NCBI GenBank assembly: GCA_049968235.1
Contig: JBMFRC010000011.1
Location: 32,001 to 96,000, forward strand
Direction: 5' to 3'
Origin: Candidatus Hydrogenedens sp.
GTDB lineage: Bacteria; Hydrogenedentota; Hydrogenedentia; Hydrogenedentales; Hydrogenedentaceae
Length of the DNA: 64,000 bases
Part shown: positions 26,511-39,000 of the stretch, piece after piece
How the letters are laid out: each line of letters starts with the position of its first letter
How positions within the stretch are numbered: position 1 is the stretch's first letter
Made by a program: the position numbers and the translations under genes
Notes under the pieces: generated by a model
Database searches by the model: none
What the model was told of the DNA's origin: nothing
What the model saw: only the letters and a program-made list of their open reading frames with translations

Positions 26511-28031
26511 ATGAATTTAGAAGCAAGGCAATTTTTGCAACAAAGGCAGGAATTACAATTATCGTTGTTCCAACAGCAATCATTACAAATACTACAAATG
26601 TCGACCATCGAATTAGAACAATACATTGTACAGGAGGCTGAAAGTAACCCATATCTTGAAATAGAGTATAAATCATTAGATAGCGAAGTAGAATCAAATC
26701 TCCCTCTTGAAGATTCAGAATTATCTTCAACAGGTATAAGCAAGGATCATCTCTTTGATAATGATACTACTTATACTCAAGATGGAACCATTGATATGAA
26801 GTCTGAGGAGCAATATGCAGATATAACAGAAGAAAAAGATGATATGGCAGAATTATGGGAGCATGAATACAATAGAACAAATACAAATACGGACCTGAGT
26901 TATAACCCGGACATAGATGAATGGGTAGAAAGTAAATTTAATAACATTAAAAGTCAGGAGACCCTTAGAAGCCACTTGATGAAACAATTATATATTGAGT
27001 TTAATGACCCCCAAGAAATCCAGATAGGTGAAAGTATTATAGCTAGTATTGACTCTCGCGGATATTTTGTTGGAAATATAGAAGATATATCTAAAGAATT
27101 TGATGTTACACCTGAAAAGGTCGAAAAAGTTTTGAAAAGAATACAGGGATTTGACCCTTCCGGCGTAGGAGCAAAAGATGTAAAAGAATGTTTGCTAATT
27201 CAGATTAATCAAATATATCCTGACAATATCCTTCTGAAAAAATTGGTAGAAGAATATTTTGATGAACTTACCCATCGACAGATTCCCAAAATATCTCGGG
27301 GATTGAAAATTGAGCCTTATCAGGTAGAAGCATTGATTGACTTATTAAAAACCTTAAATTTGTTTCCTGGACATTTGTTTCCGGAAGAACCAAATAATAT
27401 CATCCCTGATGTTATTGTAAAATTTACCGAAGATGATGGACTTGCTATTGAAATACATGATAAGCGTCTTCCCGAAATAAAATATGTGGAACCTATAAAA
27501 AAAGAACAGATAAAGATATTACCCAAAGAAGAGAAAGAGCAGATAAAAAAATATAAAGATTCGGCAATTCGATTAATAAAATGCCTTGAACTGAGAAAAA
27601 GTACCTTATATAAGGTTGCAAGAGAGATAGCAATTTTTCAAGAAGAGTTTATGCGTAAAGGAGTTGATTATTTAAAACCATTAACTTATAAAACCATTGC
27701 AGACCGTATTAATATACATGAATCAACAATCTCCCGTTGTATTGCGGGTAAATACATGGCTACCCCACAAGGAATCTTTGAATTCCGTTATTTCTTTTCA
27801 GGGGGCATCAAAACAAGTGAAGGTGAAAATGAAAAATCATCGCGTACAGTTCAGAGCATCATCAAGAGAATTATTGAGGAAGAAGACAAAACAAAGCCTT
27901 TAAGTGACCAGCAAATCGCTGAATTCATTCTAAAAAAGGAAGGAATAAAAATTGCACGGAGAACTGTATCAAAATATCGGGAGGCAATGAATATTCCTAA
28001 TGCTTTTGAACGGAAAGTTTACAAGAAGTAA
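26511..28031 (+). CDS. rpoN: RNA polymerase sigma-54 factor
   Basis: Gln/Leu-rich region I. LNLFPG core-binding region. HTH. RpoN box ARRTVSKYRE near the C-terminus. Confidence 0.9.
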   Translation: MNLEARQFLQQRQELQLSLFQQQSLQILQMSTIELEQYIVQEAESNPYLEIEYKSLDSEVESNLPLEDSELSSTGISKDHLFDNDTTYTQDGTIDMKSEEQYADITEEKDDMAELWEHEYNRTNTNTDLSYNPDIDEWVESKFNNIKSQETLRSHLMKQLYIEFNDPQEIQIGESIIASIDSRGYFVGNIEDISKEFDVTPEKVEKVLKRIQGFDPSGVGAKDVKECLLIQINQIYPDNILLKKLVEEYFDELTHRQIPKISRGLKIEPYQVEALIDLLKTLNLFPGHLFPEEPNNIIPDVIVKFTEDDGLAIEIHDKRLPEIKYVEPIKKEQIKILPKEEKEQIKKYKDSAIRLIKCLELRKSTLYKVAREIAIFQEEFMRKGVDYLKPLTYKTIADRINIHESTISRCIAGKYMATPQGIFEFRYFFSGGIKTSEGENEKSSRTVQSIIKRIIEEEDKTKPLSDQQIAEFILKKEGIKIARRTVSKYREAMNIPNAFERKVYKK

Positions 28032-28070
28032 ATCGAAATAAGTATTAATGTAAGCATTTAAATAAGAAAT

Positions 28071-28098
28071 AAGGCACAGGAAAGGTTTCCTGTGCCTT
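28071..28098. terminator. Bidirectional rho-independent terminator between convergent rpoN and H+-PPase genes
   Basis: AAGGCACAGGAAA / TTTCCTGTGCCTT is a perfect 13-bp stem with T-runs on both sides. Confidence 0.65.
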
Positions 28099-28108
28099 AT
28101 TTTATAAT

Positions 28109-30163
28109 TTATATAAATAATGGAGCTAATACCAAAGCAATAACGCACATTAACTTAATCAAAATGTTAATGGAAGGTCCAGCGGTGTCTTTTAACGGGT
28201 CGCCGTAAGTATCACCAACAACCGCCGCTTTATGTGCTTCAGAGCCTTTACCACCGAAATGACCTTCTTCGATGTATTTCTTTGCATTATCCATGGCACC
28301 ACCACTGTTTGCCATTTGAATACCTAACATTACACCGGTTATAATAGCACCGACAAGGAAACCTGCCAGAGCGGGGGCACCCAAACCAAATCCAATAACA
28401 ACAGGGATTATAATGGCTAAAATTCCGGGGACCATCATACCTTTAATAGCAGACTGTGTCGCAATATCTACACATTTCTTGCTATCAGGCATAACATCTT
28501 CTTTACCTTCTTTAAGTCCGGGAATTTCTTTGAATTGCCGTCTTACTTCAGCGATGATAGCATAAGCATTTTTGCTTACAGCACCGAATAATAACGAGCA
28601 AAAAACGAAAGGTATCATACCTCCGATTAAACAGCCTGCAAGAATTTTCGGGTCAATTAAGGATACTTTTGAAGTGTCTAATTTAGCAGATAACATGAAC
28701 GCACTCAATAAACCAATTGCGGCAAAAGCGGCACTACCAATGGCAAAACCTTTTCCGATAGCGGCTGTTGTATTTCCGACAGCATCTAAGTTATCTGTAA
28801 TTTTACGGACACTGGGGTCAAGTCCGGACATTTCTGCAATACCACCGGCATTGTCTGCAATGGGTCCATAAGCATCTACGGATAGAACCATTCCTGTTGT
28901 AGCAAGCATACCTAAGGAAGCAAGGGCTATACCATACATTCCACCTACTTTATAAGCGAGGATAACGGCAAGAGCAAGAATAATCGTAGGGATGGCGGTA
29001 CTTAACATACCTATTGAAGTTCCACCAACAACCGCAACAGCAGGGCCGGATTGTGCTTCTTCTGCTAATCTTTGTACAGGTTTATATTTTCCGGAGGTAA
29101 AATATTCACTGGTAAATCCAACAATAACTCCTGAAATAATCCCCAAAATACATGCGACAGGAGGTCCCCACCATTGATATGCAGTCCCATCTAAATTAAA
29201 ATTTGTTCCAATCATACGACCTAATAAAAGGACACCAATAATTGTAAGTCCAGCACTTACATAAGTTCCCCACATTAAAGCACTTTGTGGGTCATTTTTA
29301 GCAAAAAACTTAACATAAAATACACCTATAACTGAGGCAACAATGCCCACTGATGCAGTAAGGAATGGAAATGAAGTGACATACATAGATTCACTTGCAG
29401 AGGAAACAGCAATCATACTTGCTACTGCTAAACTAGCAATGATAGATTCAACATACGATTCTAATAGGTCGGCGCCTAAACCGGCAACGTCGCCTACATT
29501 ATCACCTACATTATCTGCGATAACAGCAGGGTTACGTGGGTCATCTTCCGGAATGCCCGCTTCTACTTTACCAACAAGGTCTGCACCCATGTCCGCACCT
29601 TTGGTATAAATACCACCGCCTGACCTTGCAAACAACGCCACTAATGAAGCGCCCATTGCATATCCATTAACAATCTGTGCTTCTCCATTAAATAATTTGT
29701 AAACTACAACTAAAAGAAAAGTTGCAATACCAACCACACCTAATCCCATAACCGAACCACCACTGACAGCCACATCAATAGCTGCTTTTATGCCACCGGC
29801 ACGAGCCGCTTCTGTGGTTCTGGCATTGGAACGGGTTGCAATAAACATACCTAAGAAACCTGCCATTGCACTGGCTACCGCACCTATGATAAAGGCGATG
29901 GAAGTTTTCCAGCCCAATGGTAAATCGGGTCTCATCTCCCCTACAATGGCTATTAATACCGCTATAATAAGCACTGTAGCCATTACATAGCGATATTCGC
30001 GTAACAGGAAAGCGAGAGCACCTTCCTGAACCGCTCTGGAAATCCGCGCCATTTTTTCATTGCCCTGTGATTTTGTCAACACATACTGAATCATATAGGC
30101 AACGACTAACAATGCAAGAACCGACGCCGCTCCTGCAATTTTTAAATAACCTAATCCCATCAT
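28109..30163 (-). CDS. hppA: Membrane-bound proton/sodium-translocating pyrophosphatase
   Basis: GGIYTKGADMGADLVGKVE and DNVGDNVGD signature motifs. About 16 TM helices. 684 aa. Confidence 0.9.
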   Translation of the reverse strand: MMGLGYLKIAGAASVLALLVVAYMIQYVLTKSQGNEKMARISRAVQEGALAFLLREYRYVMATVLIIAVLIAIVGEMRPDLPLGWKTSIAFIIGAVASAMAGFLGMFIATRSNARTTEAARAGGIKAAIDVAVSGGSVMGLGVVGIATFLLVVVYKLFNGEAQIVNGYAMGASLVALFARSGGGIYTKGADMGADLVGKVEAGIPEDDPRNPAVIADNVGDNVGDVAGLGADLLESYVESIIASLAVASMIAVSSASESMYVTSFPFLTASVGIVASVIGVFYVKFFAKNDPQSALMWGTYVSAGLTIIGVLLLGRMIGTNFNLDGTAYQWWGPPVACILGIISGVIVGFTSEYFTSGKYKPVQRLAEEAQSGPAVAVVGGTSIGMLSTAIPTIILALAVILAYKVGGMYGIALASLGMLATTGMVLSVDAYGPIADNAGGIAEMSGLDPSVRKITDNLDAVGNTTAAIGKGFAIGSAAFAAIGLLSAFMLSAKLDTSKVSLIDPKILAGCLIGGMIPFVFCSLLFGAVSKNAYAIIAEVRRQFKEIPGLKEGKEDVMPDSKKCVDIATQSAIKGMMVPGILAIIIPVVIGFGLGAPALAGFLVGAIITGVMLGIQMANSGGAMDNAKKYIEEGHFGGKGSEAHKAAVVGDTYGDPLKDTAGPSINILIKLMCVIALVLAPLFI

Positions 30164-30256
30164 AACACTTACTCCTTTCGTTCAATTAATTTTTTTGTTT
30201 TAATCGTCTTTACATTTATTTGTTTATTTTCCTTACTCGCAAACTTTGATATTATC

Positions 30257-30985
30257 TCATACCCATGGTTCTTTTTGTAGGAGGGATAATGCCTTTTGAG
30301 CAGCAATCTGTGATGCACTTTTTTTGGTTTTACCCTCCCCTGCTGAAATAAATTTATCTTCAATAAAAATCCCCATTTGAAATTTTTTCTCGTGGTCAGG
30401 ACCTTTTTCTTCCAGTAACCGATATTCCGGTAAAGGTATCAGGTTCCTTTGACACCATTCCTGTAATTTGGATTTGGAATCTTTACTTCCAGATAAATGG
30501 AAATCTTGTTTTAGATATTGTTCAAAAATCTTATATATAAATTTCTTTGTTAAGTTCCATCCTTTGTCTAAATAAAAAGCACCGATGAGTGATTCCAGAG
30601 CGTCTTCAAGAATAGTATCTTTATCTTTACCTCCAGCGTTCTCTTCTCCTTTACTCATAATAATAATACTGGAAAGATTTATTTTTCGAGCTACCTGACT
30701 TAGGGTCTGACACCTGACAATAGAAGAACGTAATAAAGTATAGTCTCCGGAGGATAATCCCGGGTATGCTTTATAAATATATTCGGTAATAGCCAGTTGT
30801 AAAACCGCATCACCTAAAAATTCCGTTGTTTCAAACATACAACGATTTACTTTTGTTTTTCCACTATAGAATGAAGTATGTGTCATCGCCATCTTAAATA
30901 AGTAAATATTTTTGGGCTTAAATTTCAAATTTTTAGCCCATGATAAAAATAAACTTTCCCAGTTACCCTCTTTATTTATCTCCAT
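30257..30985 (-). CDS. rnc: Ribonuclease III
   Basis: RNase III signature ETTEFLGDAVLQLAITEYIY. C-terminal dsRBD. 242 aa. Confidence 0.9.
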   Translation of the reverse strand: MEINKEGNWESLFLSWAKNLKFKPKNIYLFKMAMTHTSFYSGKTKVNRCMFETTEFLGDAVLQLAITEYIYKAYPGLSSGDYTLLRSSIVRCQTLSQVARKINLSSIIIMSKGEENAGGKDKDTILEDALESLIGAFYLDKGWNLTKKFIYKIFEQYLKQDFHLSGSKDSKSKLQEWCQRNLIPLPEYRLLEEKGPDHEKKFQMGIFIEDKFISAGEGKTKKSASQIAAQKALSLLQKEPWV

Positions 30986-31074
30986 ACGATTAATTTATTT
31001 CAAAGGTAATACAAAGTTATTATATTTTATCAAATCTATTCCTTAATATCCAATTTAAAAGACAGGTAAAAAAA

Positions 31075-31103
31075 TCCCTGTGAATAAAATTTATTCACAG
31101 GGA
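31075..31103 (-). terminator. Rho-independent terminator after acpP
   Basis: TCCCTGTGAATAAA / TTTATTCACAGGGA inverted repeat, followed on the minus strand by TTTTTTTACC. Confidence 0.6.
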
Positions 31104-31123
31104 CTATAAGTAATCTTTTTTAT

Positions 31124-31366
31124 TTATTTTATCCGGGATAACACATATTTAACGGCGTCACCCACGGTAATAATTTGATTGGCATCATCATCTAACTGGA
31201 TATTAAATTCTTCCTCAAGTGTCATTAACAATTCTGTCAAATCCAGTGAATCTGCGCCTAAATCTTCTATGAAACGCGCCTCATCCGTAACTTCGTCTAT
31301 AGAACGACTCAAACGGTTGGCGATAACTTCCTTAATCTTATTAACTAAAGCATCCGTATCTGTCAT
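31124..31366 (-). CDS. acpP: Acyl carrier protein
   Basis: LGADSLDLTELLMTLEEEF phosphopantetheine attachment motif (DSLD). 80 aa from ATG 31366 with AAGGAGG SD. Confidence 0.9.
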   Translation of the reverse strand: MTDTDALVNKIKEVIANRLSRSIDEVTDEARFIEDLGADSLDLTELLMTLEEEFNIQLDDDANQIITVGDAVKYVLSRIK

Positions 31367-31612
31367 TTTTTCACCTCCTTTCATAAAAATAAGAATTAAT
31401 TCCCACTTTTGTAACATCTATTTTATCAAGTCAGGATGTTAAATGTCAAACATTTTACATTCTAACAATTAAAATACATACAGATATATGTTGGATAGTT
31501 ATTCTTACAAAAAAGTTTCAAAAATATTACTTTTTTGCATATCTTATTCTGTTATTGTATGATTATGATTATCGTTTGAAAGCAATTAAACATAATTGGA
31601 AAGGAGAACAAT

Positions 31613-32863
31613 ATGGGTAACTTTCGTTTAGGATTTATTGGTGCTGGATTTATCGCCCGTTTTCAAACAAAAGCATTACAAAGTGTACGTGGTGTAGAAC
31701 TTGCAGGTGTTTATGCTCTCAAAGGGGCAGGAGAACTTTCCTCCTTAGCAAAACGGTTAGGCGTCGGCGATTGTAAAGTTTATAAGAACATTAAAGACCT
31801 TTGTGAAAATGTAGATGCGGTTGCAATATTTGCTCCGAATTTTGCGAGGATAGAAATTATGCAAAAAATTGCTGAGGCAGTTAAGGCAGGAGCAAATATT
31901 AAGGGAATTATTTGTGAAAAACCTTTGGGAAGAACTGTAAAAGAGGCAATGGAGTTAGTAAATATTGCAAAGTCAACAAAATTGCCAACAGCCTATTTTG
32001 AGAATCAACTTCATATGAAAGCAATCCGCAGTCAGAAAATGCAATTAGCCTCGGTGGAAGAAGTCATGGGACCTATAGCCCTGGCTCGTTCTTCCGAAGA
32101 ACATTCCGGACCGCATGAAGGTTGGTTCTGGGACCCAACAAGACAGGGAGGCGGTGTCCTCTGTGATATGGGTTGCCATAGTATTGCCTGTTGTTGGTAT
32201 GTGTTAACTCCTCAGGGGAAACCTGTGAATTATTTAAAACCTATTCGTGTATCCGCAGAGGTGGGTTTGTTAAAATGGGGATTACCCCAATGGAGAAAAT
32301 ACCTGTTAAAAAGGACAGGGGTAGATTATAGCAAGACCCCGGGAGAAGATTTTGCTACTGGCATAGTTACCTTCCAGAACCCTAAAACGGGACAAATTGT
32401 TAAAGGGCAGTTCACAAATTCATGGATGTATGACAAACAGGGACTACGATTAATGATGGATGGATTAGGTCCTGGATATGCATTCGAGTTTAATTCACAA
32501 ATGTCATCCTTGCAAGTATTCATTGGTGACTCGGCAGCGGAAGCCGTTGCCGATGCAGAATCAGCATTAGAAAAATCAACAGCAAGTCGCGGATTGTTAA
32601 TTGTTGAACCTAACGAACCTGATTTGTATGGATATGTGGATGAGATATGTGATGCAGTAAACTCCTTCCAAAAGGGAAAAGATGCCTTCCTGAATTTTGA
32701 ATATGGACTGGAAATAACCAAATTATGCCAGGCAAGTTACATGTCTGCAGAACAGAAACGCGTAATTGACCTGACAGATAAAAATATTCAGAAAGAGTTA
32801 GAAAATTATGTATCATTAATAGCTCAGGGTAAAGGAAGAGAAGTTCTACAAGTATTAGAATAA
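31613..32863 (+). CDS. Gfo/Idh/MocA family oxidoreductase
   Basis: LGFIGAGFIARFQTKAL Rossmann motif. ICEKPL family motif. AAGGAG SD. Confidence 0.8.
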   Translation: MGNFRLGFIGAGFIARFQTKALQSVRGVELAGVYALKGAGELSSLAKRLGVGDCKVYKNIKDLCENVDAVAIFAPNFARIEIMQKIAEAVKAGANIKGIICEKPLGRTVKEAMELVNIAKSTKLPTAYFENQLHMKAIRSQKMQLASVEEVMGPIALARSSEEHSGPHEGWFWDPTRQGGGVLCDMGCHSIACCWYVLTPQGKPVNYLKPIRVSAEVGLLKWGLPQWRKYLLKRTGVDYSKTPGEDFATGIVTFQNPKTGQIVKGQFTNSWMYDKQGLRLMMDGLGPGYAFEFNSQMSSLQVFIGDSAAEAVADAESALEKSTASRGLLIVEPNEPDLYGYVDEICDAVNSFQKGKDAFLNFEYGLEITKLCQASYMSAEQKRVIDLTDKNIQKELENYVSLIAQGKGREVLQVLE

Positions 32864-32885
32864 ATTATAAAATATGTATCCATCC

Positions 32886-32916
32886 AATAAATCGGAGTTT
32901 GCAACTCCGATTTATT
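32886..32916 (+). terminator. Rho-independent terminator
   Basis: AATAAATCGGAGTT / AACTCCGATTTATT stem followed by GTTTTT. Confidence 0.6.
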
Positions 32917-33008
32917 GTTTTTATACCAAATTTTCATGCTTATGATCTTTTTATGTTAAAATATATTTGGTATTATTTTATCTAATACATAAAGCAAGGA
33001 TATTTTGG

Positions 33009-36000
33009 ATGAAAGATTTATCTCTAATTTATAAGATGATAGGTAAAAAAAATTCGTATTCTTTTCTTTTTTCATTATTAATTTTTTTCTTTTTATTTAT
33101 TTGTTCGGGATTTTCAGAAGTAAATACGGGGCAAAAAACCGTAGAAAAACAGGGGATATTAAACATTACTCAAAGTCTCTCACAAAATCCGGATTGTGCT
33201 ATAGATTCTTTTCTTGATGTAACTGTTGAGTTAACATACACAGGAGAAGACCCCCTACTCACATTAGGTCTAAGGGAAATAGTGCCAGAAGGACTTGTTT
33301 ACGAAGAGATTATAAGTGGTTCCGCACCTCCACTCCAACCTTCAAGAGGGGCTTTTGGAACCTTAGAATTTGGTTGGATTTTTGTTCCCTCTTTTCCAGC
33401 CTCTTTTACGTTTCGTTTAAGATTTGCACAACCTATTAGTGGTAATCAATTTATTACAGGAATTGGTATTTTTGCATCATTTGGAGACCCTCAGGAAACT
33501 GAACCTGTCATTTCCTACTTTGACTGTCCAACTATTGAAGGTCAAACCGAAGGAGAAGGGATAGTCGAAGGTGAGGGGCAAATTGAAGGAGAGGGAATAA
33601 TCGAAGGAGAAGGGAGCATAGAAACAGTATATTTAAATATATCATCAAAATCAGGAGATATATATGCTCCCGAACAAGAAATGGAATTTGAAGTTAATAT
33701 TTCGTATTTAAATCCTCTGGAAATCACTGCCTTAGGAGCAACGGTATTTTTGCCTGAGTATTGGCAATTTGTTAAATTTACTGCGGGTTCTCCTCCGCCT
33801 ATTTATTATTTCGATACGGAAACAGGGAAAGCAGAATTTGCATGGATATTTCTTCCATCTGGAGGAATTACTTTTTCCTTTTCTGTCCTTGTTTCGCCTG
33901 AAACAGAGGGTATTCAGGAAATATCCGGTTATGGGATATATAGAACAACGGGAGAACCAATCACCACAACTATTTCGAAAATATATTTAACACCTGTCCC
34001 CAAACCAGACCTTACTTTGCTTTCGGGAATAGTTACACCGTCAAACCCTTTTTCCCAGGGGATTATATCAATTAACTACACGGCAAAGAATACAGGTTTT
34101 GTAAATATTGACAACAAAAGTTGGAGTGATTGTTTTTACTTATCTAATGATGAATGGCTTGATGAAACAGATGTTGAAATAACCTGTATCACCAATAATA
34201 CTTCTGTTGCGGTTGGCGGACAATATTCAAATTCATTAAAAGCAAAATTACCTTCTTCTGCATTTGGAAATATGTATCTTCTTGCTTACCTAAATAAGAC
34301 AAAGACTATTTATGAAGAATCAAGGGACAATAATGTTGGGGTTATAGGAATTATTCAAATACAAGCCAGAGAATATGATTTTCGACTAACTACAGGTATA
34401 ACAGAAGAGGATGTAGGCACACCTATTCCTATCAAAATATATGCGTATAATCCTGAAACCCTACAACCTGCTGTAAATAAACAAATCGTTTTGCAAATTG
34501 CTCATCGAGGATTCTCAAAAACTTACACTTTCACTACTGACCAGAATGGGGAAATAAATTATACATATTTCCCTATATCCAACACAGAAGGAGGGATATA
34601 TAGCATATCTATCAGAGACCCAAGGGAAGAAGATTATCCTATTACTGAAGAAGTCTTATTGCGAGGACTTGCGATAACCCCCTCCCACTATTTTCTTGAG
34701 GTTATACCTAACAAAACATATACCATTCCCTTTAATATTATCAATTTAGGGGATACGGAAGAAAAGCAATTATCATTCATGATAACAGGAATACCTCCTG
34801 ATTGGAATTATGATTATGTTATTCCTTCCTCAATACAGGGACAATCTAAAGAAACTTGTAAACTTATCCTTTATTCCAAGCCAACAACACAGAATAGCTT
34901 CCCTATAATGCTTAATTTACAAAGTAATTCAAAAACTCTTGCAACCGCTCAATATGATATTCTACCCAAACCCTATCAAACGGTAATAACATCTATTCCT
35001 GAAGAGGTTTCTTTACCTTTACTTCTCGAGAAAACTCAGTTTTATACGATAGAACTAAAAAATCAAGGAGGAAAAGATTCAGGACCCGCTCGAATACAAA
35101 TCGAACCTGAAAACCCGAATATTCATTTAGTTACTCCAAACACAGTTTACAATATTCCAGCAGGTTCAAGTTATTTCGTTTCATTACAGGTAGGAATCCC
35201 ATTTATAGAAATTCCAGAACCTATAGAGACATCCCTATCTATTCGTTTTGAATCGGGATTAAATGTGAGCATTCCTATAAAAGTTATTGAGGATACGACA
35301 AAAAGTTTAACAATAAATGTATTTAACAAATATACGAATGAAGCTATCCATAATGCTTCCGTTTCTATCGTTAGTGAAACAGGTATTCTTTCTACTTCTC
35401 AAATCAATAATGATGGAATAGTTGAAGTTAATAATCTACCTGAACCTCCTTTTTCTATTGTAATACTAAGTGAGGGATTTGAAAGCCAGACCTATTTTAT
35501 ATCAAATTTAAAGAGCAATCACGAAATGATTGATATTTATTTAGAACCGTTCTTATCTAAACAATTCTGGTCTTACACAATCGATAATAATCAGAAGCTA
35601 TATCTACTATCAGTATCCAATAGTTCTGCTCTTGAACCAGACAACACTTCTGTATTAACAATATCGCCAGGTTATATTCCTTTTATTACAACAGAAATAT
35701 CTCATAATTCTACACTTTCCATTACCAATCAAGGGATTAAACCTTTATATGATGTTTATTTATATCCATTCCAAACTGACTTATTAAATATACAGTATCC
35801 TGTTCAATACTTAGGAACAATAGAACCGCAATCTTCTGTTAATATTCCTGTCCTTTCACAGATATCAGAATCATTTGATTTTGATTCCTCGTGTTCTTCA
35901 TCGATCTTGACGGGTATCATTTTTTCGGAACAAACTAACAATTCGGATATATCCCAATTTATGGTAATGCCTTTATGGAATACAGAAGTTTTATGTCCGG

Positions 36001-39000
36001 ATTTTACTCCTATCTATGGGGATTTTTATCAAATAAATAGAATAAATCCTGATACAACCATTGTTCCAGTAAACATTCAAATATCCCTGCCAGATAATCA
36101 ATCCAATCAAAATGTACCTATTCTTTCCTACGCAACCGGGCAAATGACCTTAGCCACAGGAGAAATTCTACCCATTGTAATGAAAACTGCTACTCGGACA
36201 GGGCTTTATGAGCAAATAGATATTCAATGGCAAATTCATAATGCGGAAAACAATGAGGATATAACTTCTCTATTCCAGATATTTGAATTATCTAATTTTG
36301 AGAAAACAGATTTGTTTAATAATATAGAGAAAAAACAATGGTTACTTTATCCCTTGCATGAATTTTGGGAAAACCCGATATCGGAAATTCGATTATTCGC
36401 ACAAATTCATATTATTTCATTACTGGGGACATGGGATATATCCTCTCCCCCGCTACCTTTGAAGATTCTTTCACAACCTATACTTATGGAACATATATTT
36501 GCTCCTCAAATTCACGAATTGCAAATTTCTTCCAGTGCGGATAACTCAGGAGAAACGGTTCTACCTTTAGCGATTCTTATTTCTCCAACAGATAATATTA
36601 ATCTCCCTATAAAATTTGAATGGGAGAATATTCAATATTTACATGAAACAGGAAATATTGCTTCCTTATCCTTAATCCAAACGGCAATAAATGGAATAGG
36701 AACGCAATATCAACAAATCACATATAACAACATTTCTTTGCAGAAAGAAAAAACCAACTCTTATTTGTGGTACTTTTTATCTCCACCTCTTTCAAATAAA
36801 TGGCAGTTAGTTTCTCGATGGACTTACAAAGACAATAAGGGTACTCTTTTACCCCTTATTACCAGGGAACAATATCATGATTTACTGCATACTATTGAAG
36901 TTACAGGAGAAAATGCTTCAATAACAACTGGATTACTTAGTAATGATGATAATGATGAACAGAGAATACCTGATATTATCTATTTGCCGGATGGAAAAAC
37001 CTTAAGTATATCTACACCCTCCAATCCTATCTGGGTGTCTATAAATAATTCCCACAGAGAATATGGTATTGTCTATAGTTCTTCACAACAGTCTGATTAT
37101 GTTTATTTGCATTCCAATTTTCCGGAGGATGTTCCTGAAGATGCCGTTATCCTCCGTATCCTTAGAAGCGATTCAACTGTTATTCCATCTGCCAATTATT
37201 GGGTTAGTAAATCTATGAATATGAGTCATAAACATGACCCTGTAAAACCTTCCTTACATTTTGTTGATAAATCGGGCTACAACTCATATATTGTGGAATT
37301 TCAATCCGAATCGTTAGAGAATAAGCCTCCTATCGCTAATGCAGGAGAGGACATAACAAATGTATATCGTCCCTCATCTATAACTCTTGACGGGTCTGGG
37401 TCCTATGACCCGAATGGAGACCGAATTAATTATTCATGGCGTCTTATCAGCAAACCTCTTGAGAGTTTTGAATATCTAAGAAACGCAGATACAGCAAATC
37501 CCATTTTAATTCCAGACCTTCCCGGAACTTATATTGCACAACTTATTGTTTCTGATGGTTTTGCTCAAAGTGAACCCGATACGGTTGTTATTGAAGTTGT
37601 TAATCGTTTACCGGAGATTGTAATTAATGCTCAACAAAAAGCAAGACCTCGCGATATCGTTGTCTTAGATGCATCATCCGTAGTAGACCCTGATGGAGAT
37701 GAAATAGAATTTTTATGGAAACTGGCAACCAAACCCGATGGTAGTCGTGTATCACTACAGGGAGTTTTTAATAATACAATAACAATTACACCGGATGTAT
37801 TGGGTCAATATGAATTTATCTTATACATATCAGATGGCTTTGACAACTCATTTGCCCATTGGAAATTAGATGTTTACAACCATCTCCCTGAAATTGCAAT
37901 CGGGTTTCCACCGACTGTTTATTTAAATACAAATGTATCTATTTCTGCACGGGATACTTTTGATATTGACAACGACCCATTATCTTATCAATGGAGATTG
38001 GTTTCTGCACCGGTGGGAAGCAATACAATACTTAGTTCTTTTACTCAGCCCGAAACCAGTTTTGTATCCGATAAAAGAGGCACTTATACATTAAAACTTG
38101 AAGTTTTTGATACTTATGAAAAAACAGACAAGACAATTTCTTTACAATGTGTTAATAGGAAACCTCAAACAATTGTAAATCCCAGTGCTATTGAAGTTCC
38201 ACATGGTAAAACGGTTATTTTCGATGCTACGCAAAGTTCAGATTTAGATAATGACCCACTCACTTTTAATTGGGGACTTCTTTCCCGTCCTATATTAAGT
38301 AGTGCGGAAATTTATTTAATTCAAAACAATATAGCTGGGTTAAAAACAGACGCACCTGGAAAATATAGTGTAACCTTACAAATAAACGATGGATTTGAAT
38401 CGGGTGAGATAGTAATATCTCAAATCACAGCAACCAATAATCCTCCAGAGATACAATGTCCGGAACAACCTATTCCAGGTTCAGTAGGACAACCTTTAAC
38501 AATACTATTACCCGAAATAAATGACCCGGAACAGGACCCTATCACATATTCATGGGAAATTATTTCAAAACCAGTAGAAAGTATGATAGGTCTCATTAAC
38601 TCTGTAGAGCCTGCATTTACATTCACACCTGACCGTAAAGGAACTTATGAAATTCAAGTTATAATATCCGACGCATGGGGAGGTAATACATCTTGTGTTA
38701 TTACAACAGAAATTACCAATCAACGCCCTGTGGCGGTAATTCAATCCGAGACGCAGAGTTTTATAAATACTCCTGTATCTCTATCAGCAGAAAGTAGTTA
38801 TGACCCGGATGGGGATGTTATAAAAGATTATCAATGGACAATTATCAGCAAACCACAGGGAAGTTTTGCTCAATTGTCCAACCCTACAGGTGTTACAACA
38901 CAACTGATTCCTGACAAACACGGCAATTATCAGGTGCAACTTCAAATTTATGATGGTAATATGTGGAGTAATCCTGCCATAACAACAATCACCACGGAAA

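Noticed and set aside
30169-30363. 64-aa Lys-rich ORF on the minus strand
   Set aside because: It overlaps the 3' end of rnc in another frame. Its low-complexity K-rich composition is typical of an AT-rich spurious ORF.
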